Part shown: positions 1 to 8,979 of the stretch, in pieces
Layout: each line of letters opens with the position of its first letter
How positions within the stretch are numbered: the stretch's first letter is position 1
Source of the DNA: Deltaproteobacteria bacterium
GTDB taxonomy: Bacteria > Desulfobacterota_D > UBA1144 > Nemesobacterales > CSP1-2
Direction: 5' to 3'
NCBI GenBank assembly: GCA_052390235.1
Contig: JBQTHB010000006.1
Location: 111,680-175,679 of the forward strand
Length of the DNA: 64,000 nucleotides
Translations under genes and position numbers: made by a program
Notes under the pieces: model-generated
Seen by the model: the letters and a program-made list of their open reading frames with translations, nothing else
Database searches by the model: none
What the model was told of the DNA's origin: nothing

Positions 1-987
1 TAGAATTATCCGCGCCTCAGGCATTCCAACCGAGTCCACGGCGGTAAAACAGGCGGCGGCAAGCGAGAGGGCGTAGGGTTCGGCGTTGCCTATGTCTTCG
101 GAGGCTAGGACGATGAGCCTTCGGGCGATGAATTTTACGTCTTCTCCCGCCTCTAGCATCCGCGCCAAATAATAAACTGCGGCGTCGGGGTCGCTCCCTC
201 GCACGCTTTTTATAAATGCCGAAATGGAGTTGTGATGCTCCTCGCCGGCTCTGTCGTACTTGTAATGGGCGGTTTGAAAGGCGTCTTGGATATGGCTCTT
301 TAGGATTTTTCTCTCGTCTCCGGCAAGGGATGCCGCCGCTTCAATGGCGCTCAGCATGACTCTGGCATCCCCGCCTGAGAGGTTTATAAGGGCGGATTTG
401 GCTTCGGAATCAAGCTCCACACCCCGAAAAGAGGCATCGCGGGCAAAAGCCCCTGCCAGCACTGCCTCAAGGTCTGCCCCGTCCAGAGGGTTTAGCGTAT
501 AGACCCTGCACCGCGAGAGCAAAGGGGATATGACCTCGAACGAGGGATTCTCCGTCGTAGCCCCGATGAGCGTGAGCCATCCCCTCTCGACACTCTCAAG
601 GAGGGCGTCTTGCTGGGATTTGTTGAATCGGTGGATTTCGTCAATGAATAGAATAGTCCGCCTTCCCGCCTTCTGCCGCTCCGAGGCGGATGCGATAATC
701 TCCCGAAGCTCCTTAACCCCTGAGGAAATCGCGTTGATTTGAACGAACTCGGCATCGCATTCGGCGGCGATGAGGCGCGCCAAAGTGGTTTTCCCGGAAC
801 CGGGGGGGCCCCAGAGAATCATCGAGGGCGGGAAGGCGGATTGAATTAATCTCCGTATTACGCCCCGCGCCCCCGTAAGATGGCTCTGTCCGATAAATTC
901 ATCGAGGTTTCGAGGGCGCATTCTCTCTGCCAGCGGCGGGGGGATAAGGGGATGCGAGCCGTGAGGGTCAGGGGGATTTTTAGCCAT
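1..987 (-). CDS. rarA: Replication-associated recombination protein A (RarA/MgsA AAA+ ATPase); 3' end runs off the window
   Basis: Absent from the ORF track (no stop in window). My minus-strand translation from ATG 987-985 reads MAKNPPDPHGSHPL...RPRNLDEFIGQSHL...MILWGPPGSGKTTLARLIA (Walker A)...ILFIDEIHRFNKSQQDALL...GATTENPSFEV, the RarA/MgsA motif order. Confidence 0.85.
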   Translation of the reverse strand, partial: MAKNPPDPHGSHPLIPPPLAERMRPRNLDEFIGQSHLTGARGVIRRLIQSAFPPSMILWGPPGSGKTTLARLIAAECDAEFVQINAISSGVKELREIIASASERQKAGRRTILFIDEIHRFNKSQQDALLESVERGWLTLIGATTENPSFEVISPLLSRCRVYTLNPLDGADLEAVLAGAFARDASFRGVELDSEAKSALINLSGGDARVMLSAIEAAASLAGDERKILKSHIQDAFQTAHYKYDRAGEEHHNSISAFIKSVRGSDPDAAVYYLARMLEAGEDVKFIARRLIVLASEDIGNAEPYALSLAAACFTAVDSVGMPEARIIL

Positions 988-1077
988 GAACAAAGATTAG
1001 ATTGAGAAAAATAAGAAATCAATTCTCAGGCGGAGTGGACGGGGCAGTCCGAATTTTTTCATTTTTAGGCGTAACCC

Positions 1078-1106
1078 TTGACAAATATTAATGAATTTAC
1101 TAAATT
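1078..1106 (+). promoter_or_regulatory. Candidate sigma70 promoter of ihfB
   Basis: TTGACA (1078-1083), 17-nt spacer, TAAATT (1101-1106). Consensus match only. Confidence 0.35.
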
Positions 1107-1150
1107 TCAACTCTAATTCATCGCAATCCCCCAAAGAGGCAACTACCATA

Positions 1151-1441
1151 ATGAAGAGATCCGAGCTTGAGAGAGAACTGGCGGCGAAATTTAACCTTCA
1201 GCCCAAACAATCCGAGCAGATAATTGATACGATAATTGACCACATGACCCAAGTCCTACAAGAGGGAGAGAGAATAGAAATCAGAGGATTCGGCAGTTTC
1301 TTTACCAAAAACTACAAGCCCTACACCGGCAGAAACCCAAGAACCGGCGAAGTCGTCGAGGTATCCACAAAAAAACTCCCGCACTTCAGACCCAGCAAAG
1401 AGCTAATTACAAAGCTCAATGGCGAGGACGGAGACTCATAA
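1151..1441 (+). CDS. ihfB: Integration host factor beta subunit (HU/IHF family)
   Basis: GERIEIRGFGSF...TGRNPRTGEVVEV...PHFRPSKEL closely follows the IHF-beta signature. I prefer ATG 1151 (MKRSELERELA) over the track start 1091, which lies inside the predicted promoter. Confidence 0.85.
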   Translation: MKRSELERELAAKFNLQPKQSEQIIDTIIDHMTQVLQEGERIEIRGFGSFFTKNYKPYTGRNPRTGEVVEVSTKKLPHFRPSKELITKLNGEDGDS

Positions 1442-1638
1442 GGGGGCACTCGCTCTTAGCGTTAGGCATCGGATTAAACTTGAGAAAACCCCGCAAAATT
1501 CTGCTACACTATAGCTCCGCCAAGGGGTGCCCGCGCCCTGTTCGGATAAACATTTATCGCGGTCAAGCGTCCGATAGCAAGCCAGAGATGGATGGGAGAA
1601 TTTCGAGTCTGTATTCTATAAATTAACGGGAGAGGTTT

Positions 1639-2574
1639 ATGTCAGGAGAGATATGGTTTTGGGTAGGATTTAATTTATTTGTCGTCGCGATGCTGGTCTT
1701 AGACCTCGGGGTATTCAACCGCAAATCCCACACAATAGAGGTCAAAGAGGCTCTCGTCTGGAGCGGCGTTTGGGTGGGTCTCGCGCTTATTTTCAACGTG
1801 ATAGTCTATTTTTGGAAGGGGCCCGAATTGGCGCTCCAGTTCCTCGCCGGCTATCTAATTGAAGAGTCCCTCAGCGTGGACAACTTATTTGTGTTTTTGC
1901 TGATATTTTCATACTTCCGCGTGCCGCCAATTTACCAGCATAAGGTGCTTTTCTGGGGAATTATCGGGGCAATTGTGATGCGGGCGATATTTATCTTCGC
2001 GGGGATTTCGCTCATCGAGAGGTTTCATTGGATAATTTACCTATTCGGGGCATTCCTAATTTTCAGCGGCATAAAGCTCGCCCTCGAAAAGGATAAAGTA
2101 CTTCAGCCGGAGAAAAACCCGTTGCTGAAACTCTTCCGCCGCCTAATGCCGGTTACGGACGACTACGTTGACGGCAAATTTTTAATCAAGCAGGGGGGTA
2201 AGTACGTCGCCACCCCACTTCTGGTCGTACTCGTCGTGGTTGAAACTACGGACGTTATGTTCGCCCTCGACTCAATTCCCGCGATTTTAGCCATCACAAC
2301 CGACCCGTTTATCGTCTATACGTCCAATATTTTTGCCATCATGGGGCTTCGCTCAATATACTTCGCCCTCGCTGGAATAATGAAACTTTTCCACTACCTC
2401 CACTACGGGCTTTCATTCATACTCGTGTTCGTGGGGATTAAGATGATTCTGGCGAGCTATGTGAAAATCCCCGTGGAAATTGCGCTGGGAGTGATTGCCG
2501 GAACGCTTGCAATATCGGTTATAGCCTCGATAATGTATCCGAAAAAGGACGGGTCGCCGATAGCGCCTCACTGA
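1639..2574 (+). CDS. TerC/Alx family integral membrane protein
   Basis: 311-aa polytopic protein with EESLSVDNLFVF and ETTDVMFALDSIPA, motifs typical of the TerC family. Confidence 0.8.
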   Translation: MSGEIWFWVGFNLFVVAMLVLDLGVFNRKSHTIEVKEALVWSGVWVGLALIFNVIVYFWKGPELALQFLAGYLIEESLSVDNLFVFLLIFSYFRVPPIYQHKVLFWGIIGAIVMRAIFIFAGISLIERFHWIIYLFGAFLIFSGIKLALEKDKVLQPEKNPLLKLFRRLMPVTDDYVDGKFLIKQGGKYVATPLLVVLVVVETTDVMFALDSIPAILAITTDPFIVYTSNIFAIMGLRSIYFALAGIMKLFHYLHYGLSFILVFVGIKMILASYVKIPVEIALGVIAGTLAISVIASIMYPKKDGSPIAPH

Positions 2575-2784
2575 TTTGCGATGCGGGGCGCGGGAGTCCA
2601 TTTTTATTCAACGTGGGCGGAGAGTCGGGTCATCCATTCACGTTGAAATGTATGCCGAACTGCCACAGGATAGCAATTAGGCTCTGGCAAATAGTGAAAC
2701 TTAAAGCTAATTTCAGCCATACGCGCTTCGCGAATCGCTATAAAATAAATAGAAATCGAGCGGCGGCGCTGGTATTATAAAACC

Positions 2785-3696
2785 GTGAGTCCAATCAATA
2801 ACAAGGGCAGCAAAAAAAAGGGGAAGCTAATTCCCTTTCTCGTAGCCTCGGCGCTGTTTCACATACTGCTTTTTCTGCTTATCCTGCTCTACGCGGCGGT
2901 TTTTGTGCCTTTAGAGGATAGAAACAAGCCGCAGTTCGTCGAGATAACTGAACTCCCAGTGCCGAAGGAAAAGGAGACCGCGCCGCCGAAGGAAACTAAA
3001 CGCCTCGCCGAGCGCTCAAGGCAGGTGCCGGAGGAGAAGACAAAAGACGATTTCACCAAACTTGGCAATCCCACTCCTCCCGCCGTTCAGCCCAAACAGC
3101 CCCAAGTCCAGCAGAAGCGCCAGGAGGCTAAGAAATCCGAGCCTAAGAAAGAGCGCGCAGAGAAATCCACTAAAAAAAACCCTCAGATAGCCTCGCTCCC
3201 GAAGGACATTGAGGCGAATTCCGAGCCTATAGCCGAGAAATCCAAGAATCAGGAACAGCCCAAAACCGTAACCACGCGAGACCTCTTCAGTCAGCGCAGA
3301 GAGCAAATCGCGCAGGCAAACCCTGAGGAGTTTCAAGGCTCGCGCGAGGGCAAGCGAGAGGACACGGTTGACCTTAACACGACGGAATTTAAATACCTCT
3401 CATATTTTCTTAAGCTCAAGCGGCAAATCGAGGGCGTGTGGAATTACCCCGAAGCCTCGAGAGCCAGAGGCGAGCAAGGAGAGCTTTTTCTCGTATTCAC
3501 CATCAGAAAAGACGGCTACTTAGAAGAGGTGAATCTGCGGGATTCATCAGGATATGTGCGCCTCGACGACGAAGCCCTGAGGGCAATCCGGGTGGCGGCG
3601 CCTTTTAGCCCGTTTCCCCCAAGCTGGGGACTCGATAGATTAAACATCAGAGCGGTGTTTCAATACCGCATGAGCTTCGGTTGGAATCTGAGATAG
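2785..3696 (+). CDS. TonB-family energy transducer (first of two in the window)
   Basis: N-terminal anchor LIPFLVASALFHILLFLLILLY, long Pro/Lys/Glu-rich spacer, and a C-terminal TonB_C-like domain (YPEASRARGEQGELFLVFTIRKDGYL...LDDEALRAIR). GTG start. Confidence 0.7.
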   Translation: MSPINNKGSKKKGKLIPFLVASALFHILLFLLILLYAAVFVPLEDRNKPQFVEITELPVPKEKETAPPKETKRLAERSRQVPEEKTKDDFTKLGNPTPPAVQPKQPQVQQKRQEAKKSEPKKERAEKSTKKNPQIASLPKDIEANSEPIAEKSKNQEQPKTVTTRDLFSQRREQIAQANPEEFQGSREGKREDTVDLNTTEFKYLSYFLKLKRQIEGVWNYPEASRARGEQGELFLVFTIRKDGYLEEVNLRDSSGYVRLDDEALRAIRVAAPFSPFPPSWGLDRLNIRAVFQYRMSFGWNLR

Positions 3697-3797
3697 GGCG
3701 GGAATTACGGAATTCGAGCATTAAGATTGATAATAATTCTATACTCGACGCTCCCTCGCGGGTAAATTGCGCTTACTCATGGCATAACGGTTGGCGG

Positions 3798-4841
3798 TCA
3801 TCGAATGAGAACGCGCTCGGATTTATCCGCCGCCGCTTTGACCTCGCCAATGACCCAAGCCTTCTCGCCGAGCTTTTTGAGAGCATCCAGCACGCCGCCC
3901 TCGTCCCCCTGGGATACGACTAAAACCATCCCGACGCCGCAGTTAAATGTCCTGTGCATCTCCCTCGGCTCGATTCTCCCGGAGTCTCGAATCAATTTCA
4001 TTATCTCCGGCATCTCCCAAAGCGATGAATCCAGATGCGCCGAGCAGGTTTCGGGAATTACCCTTGGGATGTTATCAATCAGCCCGCCTCCGGTGATGTG
4101 GGCAAGGGCTTTGATTTCGTGGGATTTTATGAGCGATAGAACCGTCTTGACGTAAATTTTGGTCGGCTCAAGGAGCGACTCGCCGACGGAGCGGGAAAGC
4201 GCGGGGGGCGTGTCGGAGGGCTTCAGCCCAAGCCCGGCGAATATTACTTTCCGAGCAAGCGAGTAGCCGTTTGAATGTAGCCCGCTCGAGGCAATCCCGA
4301 TGAACGTATCTCCGGGGGCAACCTTCGAGCCGTCAATAATTTCGTCTCTGTCAACAATGCCGACGACAAAGCCGGCGAGGTCAAATTCCCCCCTCTTGTA
4401 GAACCCCGGCATCTCTGCGGTCTCCCCTCCGAGAAGGGCGCATCCCGCCTGACGGCAACCCTCAGCAATGCCCTTAATCACCTCTGCTCCCTCTTCGGGG
4501 TTGAGGCGAGAGGTAGCAAAATAATCCAAGAAAAACAGAGGCTCCGCGCCGCAGGTTACCACATCGTTTACGTTCATCGCCACGAGGTCAATCCCCACGG
4601 TGTCGAGTTTGCCGGTCATAAAGGCGAGCTTTAGCTTCGTTCCAACGCCGTCAGTGGATGAGACGAGAATGGGATTTTTATAACGAGAGAGGGGAAGCGC
4701 GCACAGTCCGGCGAACCCCCCAATTTTGCCCACCACGTTCTCCGTATAAGTGGACTTGGCAAGCGGCTTTATAAGCTCTACAAAGCGGTTTCCGGCGTCA
4801 ACATCAACGCCCGCGCTCTTATATGTGGTTTTCTTCGGCAC
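3798..4841 (-). CDS. purM: Phosphoribosylformylglycinamidine cyclo-ligase (AIR synthetase)
   Basis: YKSAGVDVDAGN...GGFAGLCAL...SSTDGVGTKLK...GIDLVAMNVNDVV...EPLFFLDYFA is the PurM signature. The track ORF extends to 4931, but those codons are a repeat element. GTG at 4841 gives MPKKTTYKSAGVDVD, the usual PurM N-terminal length. Confidence 0.9.
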   Translation of the reverse strand: MPKKTTYKSAGVDVDAGNRFVELIKPLAKSTYTENVVGKIGGFAGLCALPLSRYKNPILVSSTDGVGTKLKLAFMTGKLDTVGIDLVAMNVNDVVTCGAEPLFFLDYFATSRLNPEEGAEVIKGIAEGCRQAGCALLGGETAEMPGFYKRGEFDLAGFVVGIVDRDEIIDGSKVAPGDTFIGIASSGLHSNGYSLARKVIFAGLGLKPSDTPPALSRSVGESLLEPTKIYVKTVLSLIKSHEIKALAHITGGGLIDNIPRVIPETCSAHLDSSLWEMPEIMKLIRDSGRIEPREMHRTFNCGVGMVLVVSQGDEGGVLDALKKLGEKAWVIGEVKAAADKSERVLIR

Positions 4842-4900
4842 GGGAGGGAAGAATACCAGACGGCGGTTTTTTGTCCACAGCCACTCAGGGATAATCACCC

Positions 4901-4928
4901 CCTTCACCCTGAGCGGAGTCGAAGGGCT
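4901..4928. repeat. Short hairpin repeat (CCTTCACCCTGAGCGGAGTCGAAGGGCT family)
   Basis: The core CTGAGCGGAGTCGAAGGGCT recurs with 1 mismatch at 5044-5063, and a 17-nt part of it recurs inverted at 8365-8381. CCTTC/GAAGG arms can pair. Confidence 0.7.
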
Positions 4929-5000
4929 CATGTTACATACTTTTGTGATTTGTCATGCTCAAAAGAGTAATCGGGCATCCGTAGCTTTTGGTAAATACTG

Positions 5001-5030
5001 GATTCCCGCTCAATTTTGCGGGAATGACAG
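5001..5030. repeat. REP-like hairpin ATTCCCGC-N8-GCGGGAAT followed by GACAG
   Basis: Perfect 8-bp inverted repeat 5002-5009 / 5018-5025. The same arms recur at 8675-8701 and, with 1 mismatch, at 8504-8530. Confidence 0.75.
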
Positions 5031-5043
5031 AGTCTTTTACAGA

Positions 5044-5063
5044 CTGAGCGGAGTCAAAGGGCT
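5044..5063. repeat. Second copy of the CTGAGCGGAGTC(G/A)AAGGGCT repeat
   Basis: 19 of 20 nt identical to 4909-4928. Confidence 0.7.
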
Positions 5064-5109
5064 GGGTCGCCGCTCGCCCCCGCATCGTGTATATCTCGGC
5101 CGGCGCATC

Positions 5110-6369
5110 ATGTATCATGTAGCCCTAGCCAATATGACCGATAAAACCATCATTGCCGCCGCCATATTCGCCCTCACCTACGCCCTCATAACCGCGCAAA
5201 AGCTCCCCCTGGTGAAGCTCGACCGCCCAGCCGCCGTGTCCATTGGGGCAATCTCGATGATTCTGGCCGGAATTCTCACCCTCGATGAAGCCTACGGGTC
5301 TATTGACATGGACACGATAGCGTTTCTTCTGGGGATGATGACGCTAATCGCCTATCTGGAACTGTCGGGTTTTTTTGAGCTTGTAGCGTCGTGGATTATA
5401 GCCGCATCGGGTAGCGCATCTAGGATGCTCCTTCTCGTTACGCTATCAAGCGGCTCTCTCTCGGCACTCTTTGTGAATGACACTGTATGCCTGCTCTTCA
5501 CGCCGATAATCCTCTCGACGTGCAAATCCGTCGGGGTGAATCCGATACCGTTTCTCATAGCCGTCGCCACGGCGTCGAACATCGGAAGCGCCGCCACGAT
5601 AACCGGCAATCCGCAGAATATGTTTATCGGAGTGCGCTCGGGGATACCATTTCTCACGTTTCTTGGGCAGATGCTCCCCGTAAGCCTCGTCGGTCTCGCC
5701 GTCAACTACGGGGCGATTAAATTATTCTACAGAGCCGACATGAGCCGCAAATTCACCACCCCGGCGCGGATAGAGAAGCCGCCCGTGAACCAAAGGCTCA
5801 TGATAAAATCCCTTGCCGCGCTCATTTTGGTTTTCGCGCTTTTCATAACCGGGGCTTCATATCCCTTTGCCGCCCTCGTCGGAGGGGCGATAATTCTCGT
5901 AATCGGCGGAATCGAGCCGAAACTCGCGTTTGAGAAGATAAATTGGACGCTACTGCTCTTTTTCGCCGGGCTTTTCGTTGTCATGGGCGGCGTGGAGAAG
6001 TCCGGCATTAGCGAGAGGCTGTTTGAGGCGTCCGCCCCGTATCTCAACCTCGATTCATGGCAGGGGGTTTTGAGCTTTGCCGCAGTTGCCATTGCGCTGT
6101 CGAATTTGGTGAGCAACGTCCCTGCGGTGATTCTATTTGCGCCTCATGTCGGCTCTTTTCCGAACCCGCAGGAGGTTTGGATGATTTTGGCTATGGCAAG
6201 CACGCTCGCGGGGAATTTTACTATTGTCGGGTCTGTGGCGAATTTAATAGTGGCAGAGATTGCCAAGCAAGGCGGATATGTGCTGAGCTTTTGGGAATAT
6301 TTTAAAATCGGAGCGCCGCTCACGCTGATTACGATTTTAATTGGCTTAGCGTGGCTCGTCTGGCTATGA
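5110..6369 (+). CDS. ArsB/NhaD-superfamily (YbiR-like) ion/anion permease
   Basis: Polytopic membrane protein with FVNDTVCLLFTPI and ATASNIGSAATITGNPQNMFIG, typical of the ArsB/NhaD/CitMHS-type permease fold. The track ORF (4750) reads through intergenic repeats; the start is ATG 5110 or 5134. Confidence 0.7.
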   Translation: MYHVALANMTDKTIIAAAIFALTYALITAQKLPLVKLDRPAAVSIGAISMILAGILTLDEAYGSIDMDTIAFLLGMMTLIAYLELSGFFELVASWIIAASGSASRMLLLVTLSSGSLSALFVNDTVCLLFTPIILSTCKSVGVNPIPFLIAVATASNIGSAATITGNPQNMFIGVRSGIPFLTFLGQMLPVSLVGLAVNYGAIKLFYRADMSRKFTTPARIEKPPVNQRLMIKSLAALILVFALFITGASYPFAALVGGAIILVIGGIEPKLAFEKINWTLLLFFAGLFVVMGGVEKSGISERLFEASAPYLNLDSWQGVLSFAAVAIALSNLVSNVPAVILFAPHVGSFPNPQEVWMILAMASTLAGNFTIVGSVANLIVAEIAKQGGYVLSFWEYFKIGAPLTLITILIGLAWLVWL

Positions 6370-6491
6370 CGCGCTATTGGAAATATGTGGGAAAGGAGGA
6401 ATTTAACGCATGGGGAAAGTCAGGAGTCCATCAATAAGCCGCAGGGAGAGAGGGGTTTGCCCCACCCTCCCCCAACTAGTCAAAAAATTTG

Positions 6492-7154
6492 CTAATCCCC
6501 TACTAACTTTGCCGAATTTACAACGATCGGCTCAACCGGCACATCTGCCATGGGGCCCACCCTGCCAGTCCTGACGCCCGCGATTTTATCCACAATGTCC
6601 ATCCCCTCGACGACCCTGCCGAAGACGGCGTATCCAAAATCCCTGCCGCCGTTGTTGAGGAACGCGTTGTCCACGAGGTTTATGAAAAACTGAGAAGTCG
6701 CGCTGTCCACAACGTTCGTCCTAGCCATTGCGAGAGTGCCTCTGGTGTTGCCCACGCCGTTGTCAGCCTCGTTTTTTATCGGGGCTTTGGCGGGTTTTTG
6801 CTGCAGATCCGAGGTAAATCCCCCGCCCTGAACCATGAACCCCTTAATTACGCGGTGAAACACCGTGCCGTCGAAAAATCCCTCGTTCACGTAGGAGAGA
6901 AAATTTTTGACCGTTATCGGGGCTTTGTCCTCGAAAAGCTCGATTTTAATATCTCCCATCGAAGTTGACATCACTACCATCGGATTGCCTCCCTGTGCTG
7001 ATTTATTTTCTTCACTGCCGCCGCTCTGACTCGTATCAGATTTAGCGGCTTCGGTCTGCGGCTTCTGCTCTCCCCTCTGGCAGGCAAAAACCGGCAGAAG
7101 TAGTGCCGCCGCCGCAATTACAAATAATTTTGCAAACCTAGCCCTGTTCACCAA
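6492..7154 (-). CDS. Cyclophilin-type peptidyl-prolyl cis-trans isomerase, probable lipoprotein
   Basis: [20 protein letters not shown]...GTLAMAR...SQFFIN is the cyclophilin signature. Signal/lipobox [11 protein letters not shown] or GTG start after AGGAGG. Confidence 0.9.
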   Translation of the reverse strand: MVNRARFAKLFVIAAAALLLPVFACQRGEQKPQTEAAKSDTSQSGGSEENKSAQGGNPMVVMSTSMGDIKIELFEDKAPITVKNFLSYVNEGFFDGTVFHRVIKGFMVQGGGFTSDLQQKPAKAPIKNEADNGVGNTRGTLAMARTNVVDSATSQFFINLVDNAFLNNGGRDFGYAVFGRVVEGMDIVDKIAGVRTGRVGPMADVPVEPIVVNSAKLVGD

Positions 7155-7302
7155 ATATTCCTCCTGAATTTAATCGAGCTTTTTAAATTATACGAATCAG
7201 GGCTGGGTGTCAAAGGTTGATTCATCCGCCGATGCCTGTTACATTGACTTTCCAAGCCAAAGGGCGTAGGCGAATTTTCAAATTACAAGCGAGGGGTAAC
7301 CC

Positions 7303-8235
7303 ATGAGCAATATGAACTTCGGAGTGGTGCTGAGGCAGGAAAAAATTGATTTCAACCCCATACGCGATACCGCGATGCTCTGCGACGAGCTTGGGTTTCA
7401 CTCGGCGTGGTTCTACGACCATCTCGTGGGGATGGGCGAGCCGGATTCCGACATTTTTGAATCATGGACTCTGATGTCCGCCCTCGCAACGGCAACCTCC
7501 CGTATCCGGCTCGGAACACTCGTGCTTTGCAATTCATTTAGAAATCCCGCTCTGCTTGCCAAAATGGCGGCGACCCTCGATAACATAAGCGCAGGGCGGC
7601 TTGAATTTGCCATCGGCGCAGGATGGCACGAGGGGGAGTACCGAGCCTACGGGTACAACTTCGGCGGGGCGCAGGAGAGAATTGAGCGGCTTCGGGAATC
7701 AGTCCAAATAATAAGAAAAATGTGGACAGAGGAGCGGGCGACATTTCACGGGAAATACTACAAAATTGAGGACGCCCCCTGCAACCCGAAGCCCGCGCAA
7801 AAGCCGCATCCGCGCATCATCATCGGAGGCTCAGGGGAGAGATACCTCCTCAGAGTCGCGGCAGAACTCGCAGATGAGTGGAACTGTCCGGCTTCGAACG
7901 CATGGGAGTTCGATAGGAAAATCGAAGCCCTGAGGCGGCATTGCGGGGATGTCGGCAGAGACCCGGGCGAGATTGCAATTTCCGAGCAAACCGTGTGCGT
8001 CATCGCCGAAACTGCGGCGGAGCTAGAGGACAAACTCCCGAAAGCAAAAAAACGCTACGGATTTTTCGGCGACATAGAAAAAACCGGAATCGTCGGACTG
8101 CCCGAGGACTGCATCGCTAAAATCCAGCGCAAGGCGGACCGGGGCGTAGGCAAACTCACCATATTTTTCTCGGATGTTATGAAACCCGAAAGCCTCAGAT
8201 TCTTCGCCAAAGAGGTGATGCCGCATTTCAAATAA
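7303..8235 (+). CDS. Luciferase-like monooxygenase (LLM) family flavin/F420-dependent oxidoreductase
   Basis: MNFGVVL...LGFHSAWFYDHL...RIRLGTLV...LDNISAGRLEFAIGAGW is the LLM TIM-barrel pattern. The cofactor cannot be assigned by eye. Confidence 0.75.
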   Translation: MSNMNFGVVLRQEKIDFNPIRDTAMLCDELGFHSAWFYDHLVGMGEPDSDIFESWTLMSALATATSRIRLGTLVLCNSFRNPALLAKMAATLDNISAGRLEFAIGAGWHEGEYRAYGYNFGGAQERIERLRESVQIIRKMWTEERATFHGKYYKIEDAPCNPKPAQKPHPRIIIGGSGERYLLRVAAELADEWNCPASNAWEFDRKIEALRRHCGDVGRDPGEIAISEQTVCVIAETAAELEDKLPKAKKRYGFFGDIEKTGIVGLPEDCIAKIQRKADRGVGKLTIFFSDVMKPESLRFFAKEVMPHFK

Positions 8236-8331
8236 CTCGATGCGCCGCATAGTTTGACGTGTCCAATGAGGCGTCTCCTCTCTCCATCATCATCCTTTGG
8301 CTTCCCCCAATGGAGGAAACGGGGCTAGTTG

Positions 8332-8365
8332 TGTCATTCTCACGAAAGTGGGAATCTATAGCTCG
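8332..8365. repeat. Repeat A copy 1: TGTCATTCTCAC-GAAA-GTGGGAATC hairpin element
   Basis: 34 nt matching 8577-8610 with 2 mismatches. Contains a stem capped by a GAAA tetraloop. Confidence 0.8.
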
Positions 8366-8390
8366 CCCTTCGACTCCGCTCCCCCCCACG

Positions 8391-8490
8391 TGTCATTTCG
8401 ATGGAGCGTTAGCGATTGAGAAATCTTAAATAAGATTCCTCTCTGCTTTCGGAATGACAGGGCTGAGGCTTGTGGGAATTACAGAAGTGA
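8391..8490. repeat. Repeat B copy 1 (about 100-bp direct repeat with an internal long imperfect hairpin)
   Basis: TGTCATTTCGATGGAGCG...GAGAAATCTTAAATAAGATTCCTC...TTTCGGAATGACAGGGCTGAGGCTTGTGGGAATTACAGAAGTGA. Differs from 8753-8852 at 3 positions by my alignment. Confidence 0.85.
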
Positions 8491-8502
8491 GGCTTTCGGT
8501 TG

Positions 8503-8535
8503 GATTCGCGCTCTGATTACCTGCGGGAATGACAG
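8503..8535. repeat. REP-like hairpin ATTCGCGC-N11-GCGGGAAT + GACAG (degenerate copy)
   Basis: Same right arm and GACAG tail as 5018-5030 and 8694-8705. Confidence 0.6.
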
Positions 8536-8576
8536 AAGCGAGAGATAGGCGCTTAATACCGAGCGATAGCCTCGTA

Positions 8577-8610
8577 TGTCATTCTCACGAAAGTGGGAAT
8601 CCATAGCTTG
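8577..8610. repeat. Repeat A copy 2
   Basis: TGTCATTCTCACGAAAGTGGGAATCCATAGCTTG; see 8332-8365. Confidence 0.8.
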
Positions 8611-8673
8611 ACCAATCTCCCTTCGACGTAGTTTATGCTGAGCTAGTCGAACTACTCAGGGTGAAGAGGAATA

Positions 8674-8705
8674 GATTCCCGCTCAGATGACTTGCGGGAA
8701 TGACA
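8674..8705. repeat. REP-like hairpin ATTCCCGC-N11-GCGGGAAT + GACA
   Basis: Perfect 8-bp arms at 8675-8682 / 8694-8701, identical to the arms at 5002-5025. Confidence 0.75.
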
Positions 8706-8752
8706 CCGTTGTTGCAACCTCGCCCCTTCCTGTAATTTTGCCTCTTCGCCCC

Positions 8753-8852
8753 TGTCATTTCGATGGAGCGTTAACGACTGAGAAATCTTAAATAAGATTC
8801 CTCTCTGCTTTCGGAATGACAGGGCTGAGGCTTGCGGGAATTACAGAAGTGA
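8753..8852. repeat. Repeat B copy 2
   Basis: Direct repeat of 8391-8490, offset by 362 bp. Confidence 0.85.
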
Positions 8853-8979
8853 GATGTTCGCAATGACAACAACTGAGAGATAGGGGCGCAATCAAAGCGA
8901 GCTAGCGATAACCCCCTGCGCATTGCCGCTTCCCGCGCCGTCCTTATCAGCAAATTCATTTATCGGGTACACTAATTTT

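Noticed and set aside
1442-1638. yybP-ykoY (manganese) riboswitch or pH-responsive leader upstream of the TerC/Alx gene
   Set aside because: The genomic context is right and the leader is about 200 nt. However, I could not find the conserved GGGGAGUAG and UUGACAUA-type cores by eye; there is only AAGGGGTGCC and GGTCAAGCG. A covariance-model scan (Rfam RF00080) is needed, so this is not reported as a feature.
8236-8979. Possible CRISPR array, because of many repeated units in DNA with no credible gene
   Set aside because: The repeats belong to several different families, have irregular spacing and orientation, include long hairpins and a 100-bp unit, and copies are scattered elsewhere (about 5000, 9768, 10578). 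No cas genes are present. The region fits REP/MITE-like elements, not CRISPR.
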